Positions 62,651-64,000 of a DNA stretch of 64,000 nt are shown here, in pieces (position 1 is the stretch's first letter; the number at the start of each line of letters is the position of its first letter). The translations under genes were made by a program, and so were the position numbers. The stretch spans positions 78,368,001-78,432,000 of the forward strand of contig NC_043008.1 of assembly GCF_006345805.1 (NCBI RefSeq), written 5' to 3'. The notes under the pieces were generated by a model. It was not told the DNA's origin. It searched no databases and was given only the letters and a program-made list of their open reading frames with translations. Source of the DNA: Octopus sinensis (lineage: Eukaryota).

Positions 62651-63243
62651 GGTTTAGCTTCAAATAATGAATATTATTAAAAGTAAACTTCTGTATTAAA
62701 ATCCCGAACATTTTGACATTTTACGCTTTCGGCTCAAACGAATTCACGCTTAGCACTGACTGTAAAACAAACAAAAGCACACAATATAAATAAAATAAAA
62801 TTCTCTATTGACCTTAAATATTGTATAGTAGAGATATTCAGAGTGATATTTATCAGTGTGACACTACATTGATAATTCTTCAGTAAGTGCCATCGGTCGA
62901 AGTTGATGTGCTACTTCCTAATCAATATGTCATTCACCATATACAGTGTGTTGAGAAGAGAAAATTAATACTTGTGCACACATTAGCTGACAATTTCTTT
63001 TGATGAAATTCATTCTACGTTAATCGATCTTTATCCATCGGTTATATGCCAATATTACTGATAAACAACTACGATTAATTCTAGTGCAGTGATTATTAAT
63101 GAAAAGTTACTATAGTAACGGTAAAGTTCAAGGAGCTAAATATCTATACAGCTCCGATAATAGAGACGTGATTTAGGCAGGTATATAGATACAGAAACAC
63201 ACACTCCTCACTCACATATAATATATAGATATATACTAAGAAA

Positions 63244-63278
<35 letters not shown>

Positions 63279-64000
63279 TATTTAGTGGAAGTAGCAGTCA
63301 CTCAATGTTCGAGAGTTTCCTGCGTTGGCACTTATCAAACTTGTCACAGGGCAAAGTTCAGTAGATTTATATAGTTGTTGATAAATTTCCCTCTGGATTA
63401 TTCTAGAACGAATCATAAAAATGTCACTTGGATAATTCACATAGTTTGTTCGTTATGTTGTTCAATAGGCAAATACGTAGATAAATATATAAGTAAAGAA
63501 ATAAAGAGAGGAAAAGGCAGAAATCTTTTACGCGTCATCACACGCGCACGCACAGATAGCAAAACCCCCACAAATTCGCACATACATGTATATGAATTAG
63601 ACGTGTAAGTGGCATTATATTAACAAAGTACACTGCAGATATTCTTACTAATCTTTAGTAAACGAACCATCACGTAAACAAATTCAAAACATTAGAGTTC
63701 GCCGGTTAAATATACTAAAACACGGAGTAAAAGCAACCGTTCTGATAATTTTGGCCGCCATAGGTTTTGCAGTAAATCACTAAATCATCCATAACTTTTG
63801 TATTATCCTCTCAAATTACATCGAAATCTCAGACAATAACAATTAATATCGTATTTATTGTCTGTGAAAATTATAGAATATAAAACAACTTTGATAAAAA
63901 CTTATATCTACTTTTCTGGCGAAAACAATGCCGTTCTGAACATTTTGGCCGCAACTGTACATATGCATATAATTATATGCGATGTATATATATATATATA

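Overview
Eukaryotic, AT-rich, repeat-saturated DNA with no prokaryotic features (no operons, CRISPR, rRNA or true tRNA genes). The repeat inventory (tRNA-derived SINEs, (TAA)n-embedded R4/Dong LINEs, Tx1, RTE, CR1-type LINEs, Penelope-like elements, dense microsatellites) points by inference to a mollusc, most likely Octopus, in an intronic or intergenic region. No complete host gene is supportable; only a few weak candidate exons on the + strand. Nearly all long ORFs are decayed transposon proteins or microsatellite read-throughs. The interesting biology is in how the mobile elements relate to each other. (1) A SINE subfamily whose 3' tail resembles the local Tx1 LINE 3' end repeatedly joins the same GAAATACC site of other SINEs (one case with a 16-bp TSD) and forms dimers and trimers; a Tx1-type ORF1 sits at the same kind of site. 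(2) About 12 R4/Dong fragments and a ~560-bp non-coding passenger element share (TAA)n association with consistent orientation. (3) A GG-terminal MITE with an 8-bp TSD carries a telomere-like core. (4) An RTE LINE has a twin-priming-type 5' inversion. (5) Degenerate hammerhead ribozyme motifs lie beside Penelope remnants. (6) There is a ~600-bp near-perfect foldback, plus two unexplained short hairpins. Family assignments come from motif recognition by eye, not database searches, and many boundaries are approximate.
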